A DNA stretch of 62,291 nt, from the IMG/VR virus record IMGVR_UViG_3300031718_000010, positions 1-62,291 of that record; one strand, 5' to 3'. Positions 48,991 through 58,017 of this stretch are shown here, piece after piece. Position 1 is the stretch's first letter. Each line of letters begins with the position of its first letter. A program made the position numbers and the translations under genes. The notes beneath the pieces were generated by a model. It saw only the letters and a program-made list of their open reading frames with translations. It searched no databases and was not told the origin of the DNA. The DNA is from a virus. Its lineage: Duplodnaviria; Caudoviricetes.

Positions 48991-50367
48991 CTACTTAACC
49001 TCAGTTAAATTGGTGGGCTGGCTAGGATTTGAACCTAGGACCGTCGGCTTATGAGGCCGCTCCTCTGACCTCTGAGGTACCAGCCCTTCTAGTTCAGCTG
49101 GATGGTTGGGAACCCTTGCACGCCACTTAGATTCATCTGTAGGGTCGCTACTGCCCCAGCATATATCTGAATAGGTACAATTATAACAATCCCATCCAGT
49201 TGTCATTGGAAAACTATAATCCAAAGCCTCAAACGCCCCTTGTTTATTATTATCAAGGAAATAGCCATCAACATAAGCAGCCATATCTTGTCTAACCTTC
49301 TCAGTTATTAATGTTTGCCTTTTCCATCTCTCAACCTGATAGGCATCCCTAGTTATAGGTGGGAGCGAGAGGAAATAACTTTCCAGCGTTGATATATCAT
49401 TCCTGACAAGATAATCAATCCAGCCATAAACTCCACCAGGATAACAATCTCTAACGGCCCTTTTACGGAACCCTTTACCAAGTGTATGATTTCTATTACC
49501 AGGGCACTTAGCGCCATTACCCATAACGTGAGGAGCAGTACAAGTGTAATCCCACGATGTAGCATACTCTAATCCTCCCTGTTCACCTGGAAGGCTAACA
49601 TCAGTATTATCCTTGACCCAAGCATAGATAAGCATATTATTATACTGATAGTATCCAGACCCCTTAGGCCATTCGGTCTTATTCCCTTTAACTAGCCCTT
49701 CAATTATAACACCATCTACTTTCATGCCCAGACGGGATTCAACAGCAATAGCCTCAGTTAAGGTTTGCATATCCACTTGGAATGACTGTCTCCATTGCTC
49801 GTTTGGATTAGAGGTAGACTTGAAGTTAATAACCATAGCCATTCCACTAGCCTTGGACCTAGCTAATAGGTCTGTTCGGGTTAATAATCTAACCTCAGCC
49901 TTATCATTATCATCCCCAATCAACCATCCAATAGATTCCTCTTGCTCAATCCCTCCCTCGACAGGGATATAATTAGCTAATAACCTAGGATAACCAACAA
50001 GACTCCAGCCATATACCAGCCCTTTAACAAGGTCAATCTCTTGTAATAACTCGAATTGTAACCTCGCCATTAATTCAGGTTGGATATTAGAGTCAGATAC
50101 AATAGGGAAATATTCCTCATAATATTGTTTCGCTGCCAAATCAGCTGATTCCTTTGCTGATTTACCTAATATAATCCCCTCTATCCCTTCATGGATGAAT
50201 CTACCTGTTATGAATGGCCAATATGGATTGATATCCCTTACTTTAACTATCCCTATCCCTAGGAATCCATAGTTCCAATAGTATTTACGGGCACACTCTC
50301 CTGCACACTCAAGCCTTGAACGGTCAAAATGATACAATGGAAGGCCACCACTATTTTTGCTTATCAT
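48991..50367 (-). CDS. PD-(D/E)xK nuclease, Cas4/AddB-like
   Basis: SRLE..ECARKYY, GRFIH, TDLL..INFKS, C-terminal CYNC....IC. Confidence 0.8.
   Translation of the reverse strand: MISKNSGGLPLYHFDRSRLECAGECARKYYWNYGFLGIGIVKVRDINPYWPFITGRFIHEGIEGIILGKSAKESADLAAKQYYEEYFPIVSDSNIQPELMARLQFELLQEIDLVKGLVYGWSLVGYPRLLANYIPVEGGIEQEESIGWLIGDDNDKAEVRLLTRTDLLARSKASGMAMVINFKSTSNPNEQWRQSFQVDMQTLTEAIAVESRLGMKVDGVIIEGLVKGNKTEWPKGSGYYQYNNMLIYAWVKDNTDVSLPGEQGGLEYATSWDYTCTAPHVMGNGAKCPGNRNHTLGKGFRKRAVRDCYPGGVYGWIDYLVRNDISTLESYFLSLPPITRDAYQVERWKRQTLITEKVRQDMAAYVDGYFLDNNKQGAFEALDYSFPMTTGWDCYNCTYSDICWGSSDPTDESKWRARVPNHPAELEGLVPQRSEERPHKPTVLGSNPSQPTNLTEVK
49011..49086 (-). tRNA. tRNA with CAU anticodon, probably Ile2 (lysidine type); elongator Met not excluded
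   Basis: GGGCTGG/CCAGCCC-A-CCA, CCTC/GAGG D stem, CTCATAA loop, TTCAAAT T loop; paired 1-72, so not fMet. Confidence 0.9.
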
Positions 50368-50542
50368 TGTAATCCTTCAATATTTGCTCAAACCTATCAA
50401 GCCAGTTATTCATCTCTAGTCTATGCCTAGATAATGATTCCTCTATCCAAGTTGCAGCTTGTTTCATCTCAGCGGCAGCGGAACACATATTATGTCCTGC
50501 TCCGCTAACCGCTTCAGAACCCATTAATGTCATGTATTCCAT
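50351..50542 (-). CDS. Hypothetical protein
   Basis: Coupled ORF. Confidence 0.55.
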   Translation of the reverse strand: MEYMTLMGSEAVSGAGHNMCSAAAEMKQAATWIEESLSRHRLEMNNWLDRFEQILKDYNDKQK

Positions 50543-50544
50543 AA

Positions 50545-50736
50545 CTATTGTTGATTATCCCCCCTCTCCGCTCTAGATAATAACTCTAATCCCCTTTTTA
50601 TACGGTCACGCTGCCTAACCTTCCTAGCCTTATCCGCATGTTTAGGACAACAATAGATATTCCAATATACCTTAGGGTCAAATATATTATTACATCCATC
50701 TAATGCACATTTACGTGGTTCAAGTGTAGTTTCCAT
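50545..50736 (-). CDS. CGNR-like Zn-finger protein
   Basis: CALDGC..F...YCC..H...R.R. Confidence 0.6.
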   Translation of the reverse strand: METTLEPRKCALDGCNNIFDPKVYWNIYCCPKHADKARKVRQRDRIKRGLELLSRAERGDNQQ

Positions 50737-50746
50737 AAGATTAAAA

Positions 50747-50835
50747 TGGTGCGGGAGGTGAGAGTCGAACTCACAAGGGGATTGCTCCCAACTGATTTTA
50801 AGTCAGTCTCCTCCGTCCAATCGGGATGCTCCCGC
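50747..50835 (-). tRNA. tRNA-Leu(UAA)
   Basis: GCGGGAG/CTCCCGC-A-CCA, ACTGA-CTTAAAA-TCAGT anticodon arm, long variable arm, TTCGACT T loop. Confidence 0.92.
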
Positions 50836-50838
50836 AAT

Positions 50839-51037
50839 CTCGGACGCTGCTATTCCACGCTCTTAAAGGCGGTCGCCGGGTAACTCAGCAGCCGCTTAGG
50901 GCGGTAGAGAGTATGTACCCCGCTGTGCGCCAATAGGCGGCAGTACACCCCGCGTGTTCTCAAAGCAGCACAGTAGGCAGCCTAGCCAGATGCAGCAGAC
51001 TGTGAAGGCGGTTCCCGGTGAAACCCCAGCGTCCGAG
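50839..51037 (-). ncRNA. Unidentified ~200-nt structured RNA
   Basis: 11-bp closing stem CTCGGACGCTG/CAGCGTCCGAG; GC-rich; between a promoter and tRNA-Leu. Confidence 0.65.
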
Positions 51038-51043
51038 TTCGGT

Positions 51044-51072
51044 ATAATACCACCGTCACGGATGCGTGTCAA
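51044..51072 (-). promoter_or_regulatory. Sigma70-type promoter for the ncRNA-tRNA-recombination operon
   Basis: TTGACA-17-TATTAT. Confidence 0.8.
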
Positions 51073-51225
51073 CCCTCATTTTTCATCAAAAATCCCTTGC
51101 ATTTTCAATCAAATATGATATCATCCAAAATCACCACCAATGCACCATACCTAATAGAGAGAGCGGACAGGGGGGCTTGATTGCTGCAATCAATCAACCC
51201 TCCTTAATCCCATTGCAGGGGATAA

Positions 51226-52521
51226 ATGGCTACTTTACCAATTAATTCAATTAGGAGAGATAATGAACAAGCCGTTACGGATGCACAAGCCGGAACGAGT
51301 CAACAAACCTCTTCCCAAAATAGACCAATCTCTATTCAAAATGAAATCACCAACGCTTGGAACGATTACACTAGACACCTTAACGACTATTTCTACAACC
51401 CAGACACAGAAGCAGTTGAAATAGTTCTATCAGTTATCGCTAGTCATTTTCATAAGGATTGTGACCCTATTTGGCTTTTCATTAATGGTCCAAGTGGTGG
51501 AGATAAATCAAGCATATGTATCAACTCAACCTTAGATATCCCTAATGTTCACATGCAAGGGATAATAACAGCTAAGACATTTCTATCAGGTTATACAGGG
51601 ACAGCTAATGCCTCTCTATTACACAAAATTGGTTCGGGTATATTAGCCTTTAAGGATTTCACAACCTTCCTATCCCAAAGTAAAGAGGAACAAGCCCAAA
51701 TCCAATCGCAATTAAGGGAAATATATGATGGCTCATTCGTAAAAGAAACAGGTAAAGGGCTACCATTAAAATGGAAAGGGAAGATAACAGTTATAGCAGC
51801 TGTTACCCCAGCATTAGAGAGAGAGTGGGGAACTAGACGAGATTTAGGTGAGAGATTTATTCAAATTAGAATTAGCCGTAAAAAAGGGATAGAACAGGCT
51901 GAGTCAGCCCAGCGTCAAAGGGGATTAGAGACATTTATAAGTGATAGGATGAAGCAACTAGCCCTTAAATTCTTTCAACTCAACCCCCCTATAACCAACC
52001 CTCCACCTAAATTATCTATAAATCAAATGACAAGGGTTGCTGCAATGGCTGAGTTAGTCGCCCATGCTAGAGGGCATGTTCCAGTCAACCCATTAACAGG
52101 AGCAATAACAGGATTAGCTGAGATTGAAAATAGTGGAAGAATGGCTAAGTGTATAGCTGGTATTATAAGCAATCATGCGGCTTTATTTCGTAGAACAGCT
52201 ATAGATGAATCAGATATGGAGATAGGTAAACGAGTAGCCCTTAACTCAATCCCATCTAATAGGGCATTAATAATAGACATAATCCCATTAGATGGATTCC
52301 TAACAACTAGCCAATTAGTAGCTCAGGTTGGATTACCTAAATCAACTATAACATTCCTTACCGACCATTTGGAGTCATTAGGAGTGTTACGGATACAGCG
52401 TAACGAGCAGATTGATAATAATTACGCTTTAACAGGATTAGCTAAGGGGCTGTGGAATAAGGCATTTAGCCCCCTAGCTGAGACTACGGTAAACGGAACA
52501 GATAGGGGTTTGGCTCACTAA
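51226..52521 (+). CDS. MCM-like AAA+ ATPase with C-terminal winged helix (putative replicative helicase)
   Basis: NGPSGGDKS, AFKDFTT, LREIYDG, VIAAVTP, LGERF; divergent promoter TTGCAT-16-TATCAT at 51097. Confidence 0.75.
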   Translation: MATLPINSIRRDNEQAVTDAQAGTSQQTSSQNRPISIQNEITNAWNDYTRHLNDYFYNPDTEAVEIVLSVIASHFHKDCDPIWLFINGPSGGDKSSICINSTLDIPNVHMQGIITAKTFLSGYTGTANASLLHKIGSGILAFKDFTTFLSQSKEEQAQIQSQLREIYDGSFVKETGKGLPLKWKGKITVIAAVTPALEREWGTRRDLGERFIQIRISRKKGIEQAESAQRQRGLETFISDRMKQLALKFFQLNPPITNPPPKLSINQMTRVAAMAELVAHARGHVPVNPLTGAITGLAEIENSGRMAKCIAGIISNHAALFRRTAIDESDMEIGKRVALNSIPSNRALIIDIIPLDGFLTTSQLVAQVGLPKSTITFLTDHLESLGVLRIQRNEQIDNNYALTGLAKGLWNKAFSPLAETTVNGTDRGLAH

Positions 52522-52717
52522 CTGGGTCAGTTCCATTATACCTAACCCAGCTTTCATTACCACAATTAGGGCATGTATGTTCACTAGTCACCCCAGCACA
52601 GTTATCAGAGTGCTGCCATACATGCCCACAGTTGTTACATTTATGCTTATGGATATCCTCCTCCTTAATTGGTATTCCCAGTAGGTTCCTGAGATGCTTG
52701 GCTACCATCCACGGCAT
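52484..52717 (-). CDS. Zn-ribbon protein (ATG 52717)
   Basis: SD AGGAGG; CNNCGH..H..C...H.CPNCG. Confidence 0.6.
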   Translation of the reverse strand: MPWMVAKHLRNLLGIPIKEEDIHKHKCNNCGHVWQHSDNCAGVTSEHTCPNCGNESWVRYNGTDPVSEPNPYLFRLP

Positions 52718-53087
52718 TAGGTTCCTCCTGAGATTCCACCGGAGCATTATCACACATACCCTCATGGGCAAAGGATTGATTACAGTGAGGGTTACTACAT
52801 TTCCGTTCTACAACCTGACCTAATGCCTCAGTTACTGGGTCACTTGTCATAGTAACTGTAGAAGGCAAGCTAGTCTGTTCACCTGAGATAACCTCAACAA
52901 CCTCATTTTGAACCTGTAATGTAAATATCCCATTCGCCAACCGTCTACCCTTTAACTCCCCACTCCGCTTAATAGCCAAAGCCCCCTTTCTAAGGGCAGA
53001 TTGCCAGTTAGGGGCTATGACTAAAACAGCCACCTCACCTTCAACCCTTGGAAATGTCCCAGCTACACGCCATTGTCTATTTGCCAT
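52665..53087 (-). CDS. Hypothetical protein with small Zn knuckle
   Basis: SD GGAGG; CSNPHC...HEGMC. Confidence 0.7.
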   Translation of the reverse strand: MANRQWRVAGTFPRVEGEVAVLVIAPNWQSALRKGALAIKRSGELKGRRLANGIFTLQVQNEVVEVISGEQTSLPSTVTMTSDPVTEALGQVVERKCSNPHCNQSFAHEGMCDNAPVESQEEPNAVDGSQASQEPTGNTN

Positions 53088-53090
53088 TTT

Positions 53091-54506
53091 CTAATTACCT
53101 CCATTAGTATGCATACTATCAGCCATCTCAGCTAGTCTAACCTTTCCTAGCTGACTTAATCCATCTCCTCCACAAGCGGGACATATCCTTGTAACTGATA
53201 CCTTAGCTCCCGTTCTATACATAAGCTCAGTAACATACTTATCCCCTTCACATACCTCACATGTCTCCTCAGACAAGGTATCATCAGGGTCATCAGATAC
53301 TTGACTAGTTATAATCCCCTCACCTGAAGGAAATGTAAGTTGTTTAGGTTCATTACCCTTAGCTGACTCAGCTATCCTTTCCAACTCAGTTAATACTCTA
53401 GCCTCTGTACTGGTTATCCCTGGAGCCTCCCAAAACGATTGACACTGGCAGTTATCATCTAAGCACATCCCTGCTAGATTGCCCTTAGGGAAATTAGACT
53501 TTTGATAATCAGTCCTATAATGGTCCCCAAAGGTATGGCCACATTTACACATCTTACTATTCCTACCATCCTCCCCAGTTGAGCCAGTCGTCTGGGTCGT
53601 AGTCGTCGGTTGGCTTGTATCCGTTTGAGTAGGTTGAATACCCTTTGTATTGTCCTGGGGCGGGGTAGATACATTTAGATTGGGAGTATGAGCCTTCACC
53701 CTGCCCTGTTCTAACATACTCCCTTGCTGGAAAGCAAGTTCAAGCGCCTCAGTTGCCTTAGACTTAGGCATGACTCCATCAGTATAAACTGTAGCGTCAT
53801 ACTTAGCATACTCCCCACACTTTAGCTTAAGTCTGGAGACAGCTTTATACTCAGCCCTATTATTAATCACAATCTCAACAGGCCAGTTGCTATGTGCGAT
53901 ATCTGTCCCTGAGAAGAAAACACCCATTCCAACATGAGAATGAATAGCCCCGATAGTCCCAGCCTTAGGCGTCACACCTGTTGGGATATCAACATGCGCC
54001 CCACCTGCTGTCTGAGGGGGATGATAATAGCTTTCAATAAGATAAACTGGCTCATTTTTATCATCAACCGTCAGCTTACCCTTTAATAGAGCAATCCATT
54101 CAGTGTTAATATCCTTAGCTAGTTTAAGGAATGTCTGCCACATCAATACAGGAACAAGGACATAAGGAACCTTAGGATTAAGGGGACACTTATCAGTTAT
54201 TTCCTTATTCTCAGCACAGACGAATACATGCTCATCCTTAGGATTAACTACCCTAAAGCTATAGGGGTTACTGTTATCCTTATGACTATGGCCATTAGGT
54301 CTAGCTGTAACAGTTACACCTAATGTATGATTAGATGAGCGAGACTCACCTGTATAGCCATTAGCCCCATTAGCCTCCCTTCTCATCCTTTCAATCATAT
54401 CCATATCCCTAACGGTAGCCTTACCATTAGCGAATCTAAGTAAAGCAGCGTTATATTGATTATTAGCTTTACGTAACTTACGCTCACTAGACTTGCTCAT
54501 CTTCAT
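53091..54506 (-). CDS. JAB/MPN+ metalloprotease with C-terminal Zn fingers
   Basis: TEWIALL; IGAIHSHVGMGVFFSGTD (JAMM HxH...S..D). Confidence 0.9.
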   Translation of the reverse strand: MKMSKSSERKLRKANNQYNAALLRFANGKATVRDMDMIERMRREANGANGYTGESRSSNHTLGVTVTARPNGHSHKDNSNPYSFRVVNPKDEHVFVCAENKEITDKCPLNPKVPYVLVPVLMWQTFLKLAKDINTEWIALLKGKLTVDDKNEPVYLIESYYHPPQTAGGAHVDIPTGVTPKAGTIGAIHSHVGMGVFFSGTDIAHSNWPVEIVINNRAEYKAVSRLKLKCGEYAKYDATVYTDGVMPKSKATEALELAFQQGSMLEQGRVKAHTPNLNVSTPPQDNTKGIQPTQTDTSQPTTTTQTTGSTGEDGRNSKMCKCGHTFGDHYRTDYQKSNFPKGNLAGMCLDDNCQCQSFWEAPGITSTEARVLTELERIAESAKGNEPKQLTFPSGEGIITSQVSDDPDDTLSEETCEVCEGDKYVTELMYRTGAKVSVTRICPACGGDGLSQLGKVRLAEMADSMHTNGGN

Positions 54507-55560
54507 TTACCTCCTCTGTTTCTATATAATCATTCTCAGGAAGATTAAGGCTTCTCTCAAACTCAGGGTCAGTCTCGGCAATCTGGTCATGTAAGGTATT
54601 AGCATCTGAACTTAGATAAGACATATGCTCCTCTAATACCTTCTCTTCTTCCTCATTTAACGGTAATGGAGTAGCCTTAGCAATTAACTCCTCCGCTATA
54701 GGTTTAGCCTCAGCTAATCCTAGATTAGGGTAGCAATGCCTTAAATGTCTAATTAGATTAATCAAATTACCCTCAACTAATCTATGACACTTAGGATTAG
54801 GACAGCTAATCATAGGATATCTAGGCTTAACTTGATTGCCTTCAGCCATACTAGCTATCTTAAGGAAGCCGAATACCTCAGCTATATTATTATAAACTGG
54901 CCCCTTATCCCAGTCTACTAGATGGCTAACAGATGGAACGGTATTATGTAATATATAATAGCTAGCTACTGAACCCGCCATCATACAAGGGCCAACATGA
55001 ACAGGAACAGTTTGATAACCTGGATTATCCTCTAGCTCAGTTGAGAACTCAGGTGGGGCTGGGGATAATGTCCACCTCTCCCCATCTGCCCCTACTTCTA
55101 GATATTTAATCCCCCCATCCTTAGCCCACTGATAGCACATCTTCCTAGACTTAAGGCTATCAGTACAACAAACAAGCCACTCAACCCTATTTTCATTAGC
55201 TGAGCCAATAGATGGGTCAAACATCCCCCTAGCATTGATATTATCAGCCTTTGGCCTTAGTAATCTAAGCCATTTAGCTAATGCAACAGACTTTAACTCT
55301 CCAACACTAGACTCAGGTAAGGGAAAACGATTAAGATTATGAATAGATATAGTATCCCCATCATATATAGTTAAATCCTCAACCCCACCTAATGTAAGGG
55401 CTAAGGCTACCCAACATCCTACTCCACCTGCTCCTATTAACATGACAGATGGCTTAGATAATCCTAAACTAGATTGCCTCTCATATAATGGGTCTATCCC
55501 TTGTTCAACCTCAGCTATATTAGCTGTGTCAACATCAGGTAATACAAACTCATCAGGCAT
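54487..55560 (-). CDS. ThiF/E1-like Ubl-activating enzyme
   Basis: YERQ, IGAGGVG, YDGD....HNLNR, K, CCTDSLKSR. Confidence 0.92.
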   Translation of the reverse strand: MPDEFVLPDVDTANIAEVEQGIDPLYERQSSLGLSKPSVMLIGAGGVGCWVALALTLGGVEDLTIYDGDTISIHNLNRFPLPESSVGELKSVALAKWLRLLRPKADNINARGMFDPSIGSANENRVEWLVCCTDSLKSRKMCYQWAKDGGIKYLEVGADGERWTLSPAPPEFSTELEDNPGYQTVPVHVGPCMMAGSVASYYILHNTVPSVSHLVDWDKGPVYNNIAEVFGFLKIASMAEGNQVKPRYPMISCPNPKCHRLVEGNLINLIRHLRHCYPNLGLAEAKPIAEELIAKATPLPLNEEEEKVLEEHMSYLSSDANTLHDQIAETDPEFERSLNLPENDYIETEEVNEDEQV

Positions 55561-55573
55561 GTTATCCCCTTAT

Positions 55574-57118
55574 CTATCCCCTAGCTGTAGCTGGGACATT
55601 AAACGTATAATTCAACTCCTCCGCATCACTTTCAATCCTATCCCAACTAATCCTAGGATTATTCGCAGGCCTACCCTCATTAGACCTAATTAGATATTGT
55701 TCAGGTGTGGTAGTAGCATCTGGATTAGGATAGCTAGCATTCCCAGTTATTAGGTTCTTAACCATATCTGGTAATTGTTCAGCATATAATGGATAGAAGA
55801 CATTAAGAGCATGAGATAACGGGCTATTAAAATTAATAACCCTCATCCCCCTGGATATCCCTCTTTCCACAGCTACTAGATTATCCATATTAATAACCCT
55901 AGCTGGCATACCTTGTAATTCCATGCATGTTCCAGTTGTAGTATTATGAACAGTATGCCAGATATCCCCTCTAACCTCATTAACAGCATATCTCCCATCA
56001 GTGGATAACCTAAGCCACATCTGCATTGGCCTACTACTATAATAAGCCTCATCCCTACCTGGGATACGAATAGGATTCCAATGAACCGTCCCCCTCCACC
56101 TATCAACCCTATATCTAATATCCTCTAGATATGTGCTAACCCTTAAGCCAATCCACCATCTCTCATCCATTAGCTTAATAGGCCTACCAGATTGTCTAGC
56201 CCACTCAGGCGCTTGATTAACCATGCTAGCCCTAAGTTGCTCAACTTCCCTTCTAATTGTCTCAACCCTCCCCTGTGCCTCACTAACCATAATCCTAGCA
56301 TCCGTTTGGGCCTTATCCAATTTAGCCTGTACCTCAATCTGAGCTATCCCTTTAGCCTTATCCCTAATATGCCTATAGATATTAGTATTATCCCTCTCAC
56401 CTGTTGGGACTAGCTTAAATGACTTCCCACCTACAAATATAGTAGCTGGTTGTGCCCTTAATAGAAAGCTATCATCCTGTGATTGAGGAACAGGTGCCTC
56501 ACTACTCGCTTCAGCTGTAGCCCTAACCCAGGTGAATGCCCATGCTTGGAGGGTGTCGTGTAATACCTGTGTTGGTAGCCCTTGCTCTAATGCTTGTTGG
56601 AGATAATAATCCGTCCTACGCCTACGGCTATGCCTACCACCTAATATCCTTTTCCACTCAGGAGGTAATAGGGATTTAATTACATTAATCTCAGGTAGGG
56701 CCATATTAGAGTTATTACGAGTAACCCTAATATACCATAAGCCATAATTATCCCTACGAACTATGACTTGGATAACATCAGTTGGTGGCTCAGGCTGCCT
56801 AAGCTCATTAGCTAATTGATTCGTATCAAGAGTAGCCATATTTCCTCTCCATTCCCCATTAATAAACTGATAAGCTGCAACCTGTCTATTAGCAGTTCCT
56901 TCTCTTATTATAACCCTATCTATATCATCTAGCCTTGTGACTTCCTCTATCCCTCTAGTCTCAGGGTTATACCTAAATTGTCTACGATTAGTCACTATAT
57001 TAAACTCTCTTGTATTAGGTAATGCAAATACCTGTAATGTATCTAACTCCTCAGGTAGCATCCCTCTAGAGATTAACATCTGCCTAATATTATCTACTGT
57101 AGTCATTCTCTCAAGCAT
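55574..57118 (-). CDS. Coiled-coil protein with putative C-terminal E2-like domain
   Basis: Lies between Ubl and E1; its only Cys is in HTVHNTTTGTCM, followed by VINFNSP. Confidence 0.5.
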   Translation of the reverse strand: MLERMTTVDNIRQMLISRGMLPEELDTLQVFALPNTREFNIVTNRRQFRYNPETRGIEEVTRLDDIDRVIIREGTANRQVAAYQFINGEWRGNMATLDTNQLANELRQPEPPTDVIQVIVRRDNYGLWYIRVTRNNSNMALPEINVIKSLLPPEWKRILGGRHSRRRRTDYYLQQALEQGLPTQVLHDTLQAWAFTWVRATAEASSEAPVPQSQDDSFLLRAQPATIFVGGKSFKLVPTGERDNTNIYRHIRDKAKGIAQIEVQAKLDKAQTDARIMVSEAQGRVETIRREVEQLRASMVNQAPEWARQSGRPIKLMDERWWIGLRVSTYLEDIRYRVDRWRGTVHWNPIRIPGRDEAYYSSRPMQMWLRLSTDGRYAVNEVRGDIWHTVHNTTTGTCMELQGMPARVINMDNLVAVERGISRGMRVINFNSPLSHALNVFYPLYAEQLPDMVKNLITGNASYPNPDATTTPEQYLIRSNEGRPANNPRISWDRIESDAEELNYTFNVPATARG

Positions 57119-57445
57119 GATTATCTAACTCTCAAGGATTCTAGTTTAATTTTCGACCTTAGGGGCTACTACCACAGTGAAGTCCTAAGCCCTCACCGTT
57201 GTTAAACTAGAATCCATGACAATTAAATAATAAGGGGATACTTAGCCCATCTATCCGTACTGTTTCAGACTACAGACAGGTTACGAGATAAACAGTAATC
57301 ACCACTAATGCATCCCCTTACCTAATACTCTCTACTCTCTAATATTGATACCTGTCTTATATGACTAAGACGAGATAGCCCATAATAAAAGAGAGTAGAG
57401 TATCATCAAAGGAACCGTTGTAAACTCCCGTAAGTTATTGATAAC

Positions 57446-57733
57446 TCAGGAGTTGCCGCGGGTGTCCTTTGCGAACACTTCAAGGCTATGTGCCCCTGCC
57501 AACGAACCCGCAGCCTCAGTAGCCGTAACCGGGACACCGTTGACGCGAACAGAATATGACTTCAACCCAGCATCCCGCGCCAAAGCCATAGCCGCGTCAC
57601 CAATGGTTCCAGTTGCAGCAATCTGGCCAGTAACCTGACCATTGACGATTGTCTTAACCTGTGCCGGAGCCGCAGCCTGTCTAGGAGTAGCTGTCCGCCC
57701 AGCTGCCTTGCTAACTTTCTTCTTAGTTGCCAT
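57446..57733 (-). CDS. Ubiquitin-like (beta-grasp) protein with basic N-terminal tail
   Basis: beta-beta-alpha-beta pattern, VRVNG, C-terminal LEVFAKDTRG-NS; heads the E2/E1/JAB operon. Confidence 0.75.
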   Translation of the reverse strand: MATKKKVSKAAGRTATPRQAAAPAQVKTIVNGQVTGQIAATGTIGDAAMALARDAGLKSYSVRVNGVPVTATEAAGSLAGAHSLEVFAKDTRGNS

Positions 57734-57774
57734 TATATCATCCCCTTTACCCTTATCCCCTTTGGCTAGGCTGA

Positions 57775-58017
57775 TTAGTGTATATCCCCATTGGAATGAG
57801 GAAACTTATTATCCTTAAACTTATATTTAGCAGATAGCCGATGCAATGAGTTATAGATTAACGTGAAGGCTACTATAACCATAAAGCAAAATAGGAATAG
57901 AATAGCTAATGCCACGGCTAGAGCAATAGCCTCTTGTTTGGATGGTGTGAATAGCGTTACTAGAATAGTATAAAAGGCCCATAAGCATAGGCCCTCTATA
58001 GCTCTCTTTGCTATCAT
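57775..58017 (-). CDS. Small membrane protein
   Basis: Two TM segments. Confidence 0.55.
   Translation of the reverse strand: MIAKRAIEGLCLWAFYTILVTLFTPSKQEAIALAVALAILFLFCFMVIVAFTLIYNSLHRLSAKYKFKDNKFPHSNGDIH

Noticed and set aside
49011-49086. Alternative initiator tRNA explaining the ATC/ATT starts
   Set aside because: Paired G1-C72 and no GGG/CCC anticodon stem, so it lacks initiator features
48991-50367. CRISPR-associated Cas4
   Set aside because: No repeat-spacer array or other cas gene seen; context is an SSB/Sak4 recombination module
52484-52660. Fifth ATC start (AAGGAGG-AGGAT-ATC CAT AAG)
   Set aside because: An in-frame ATG at 52717 has its own AGGAGG SD
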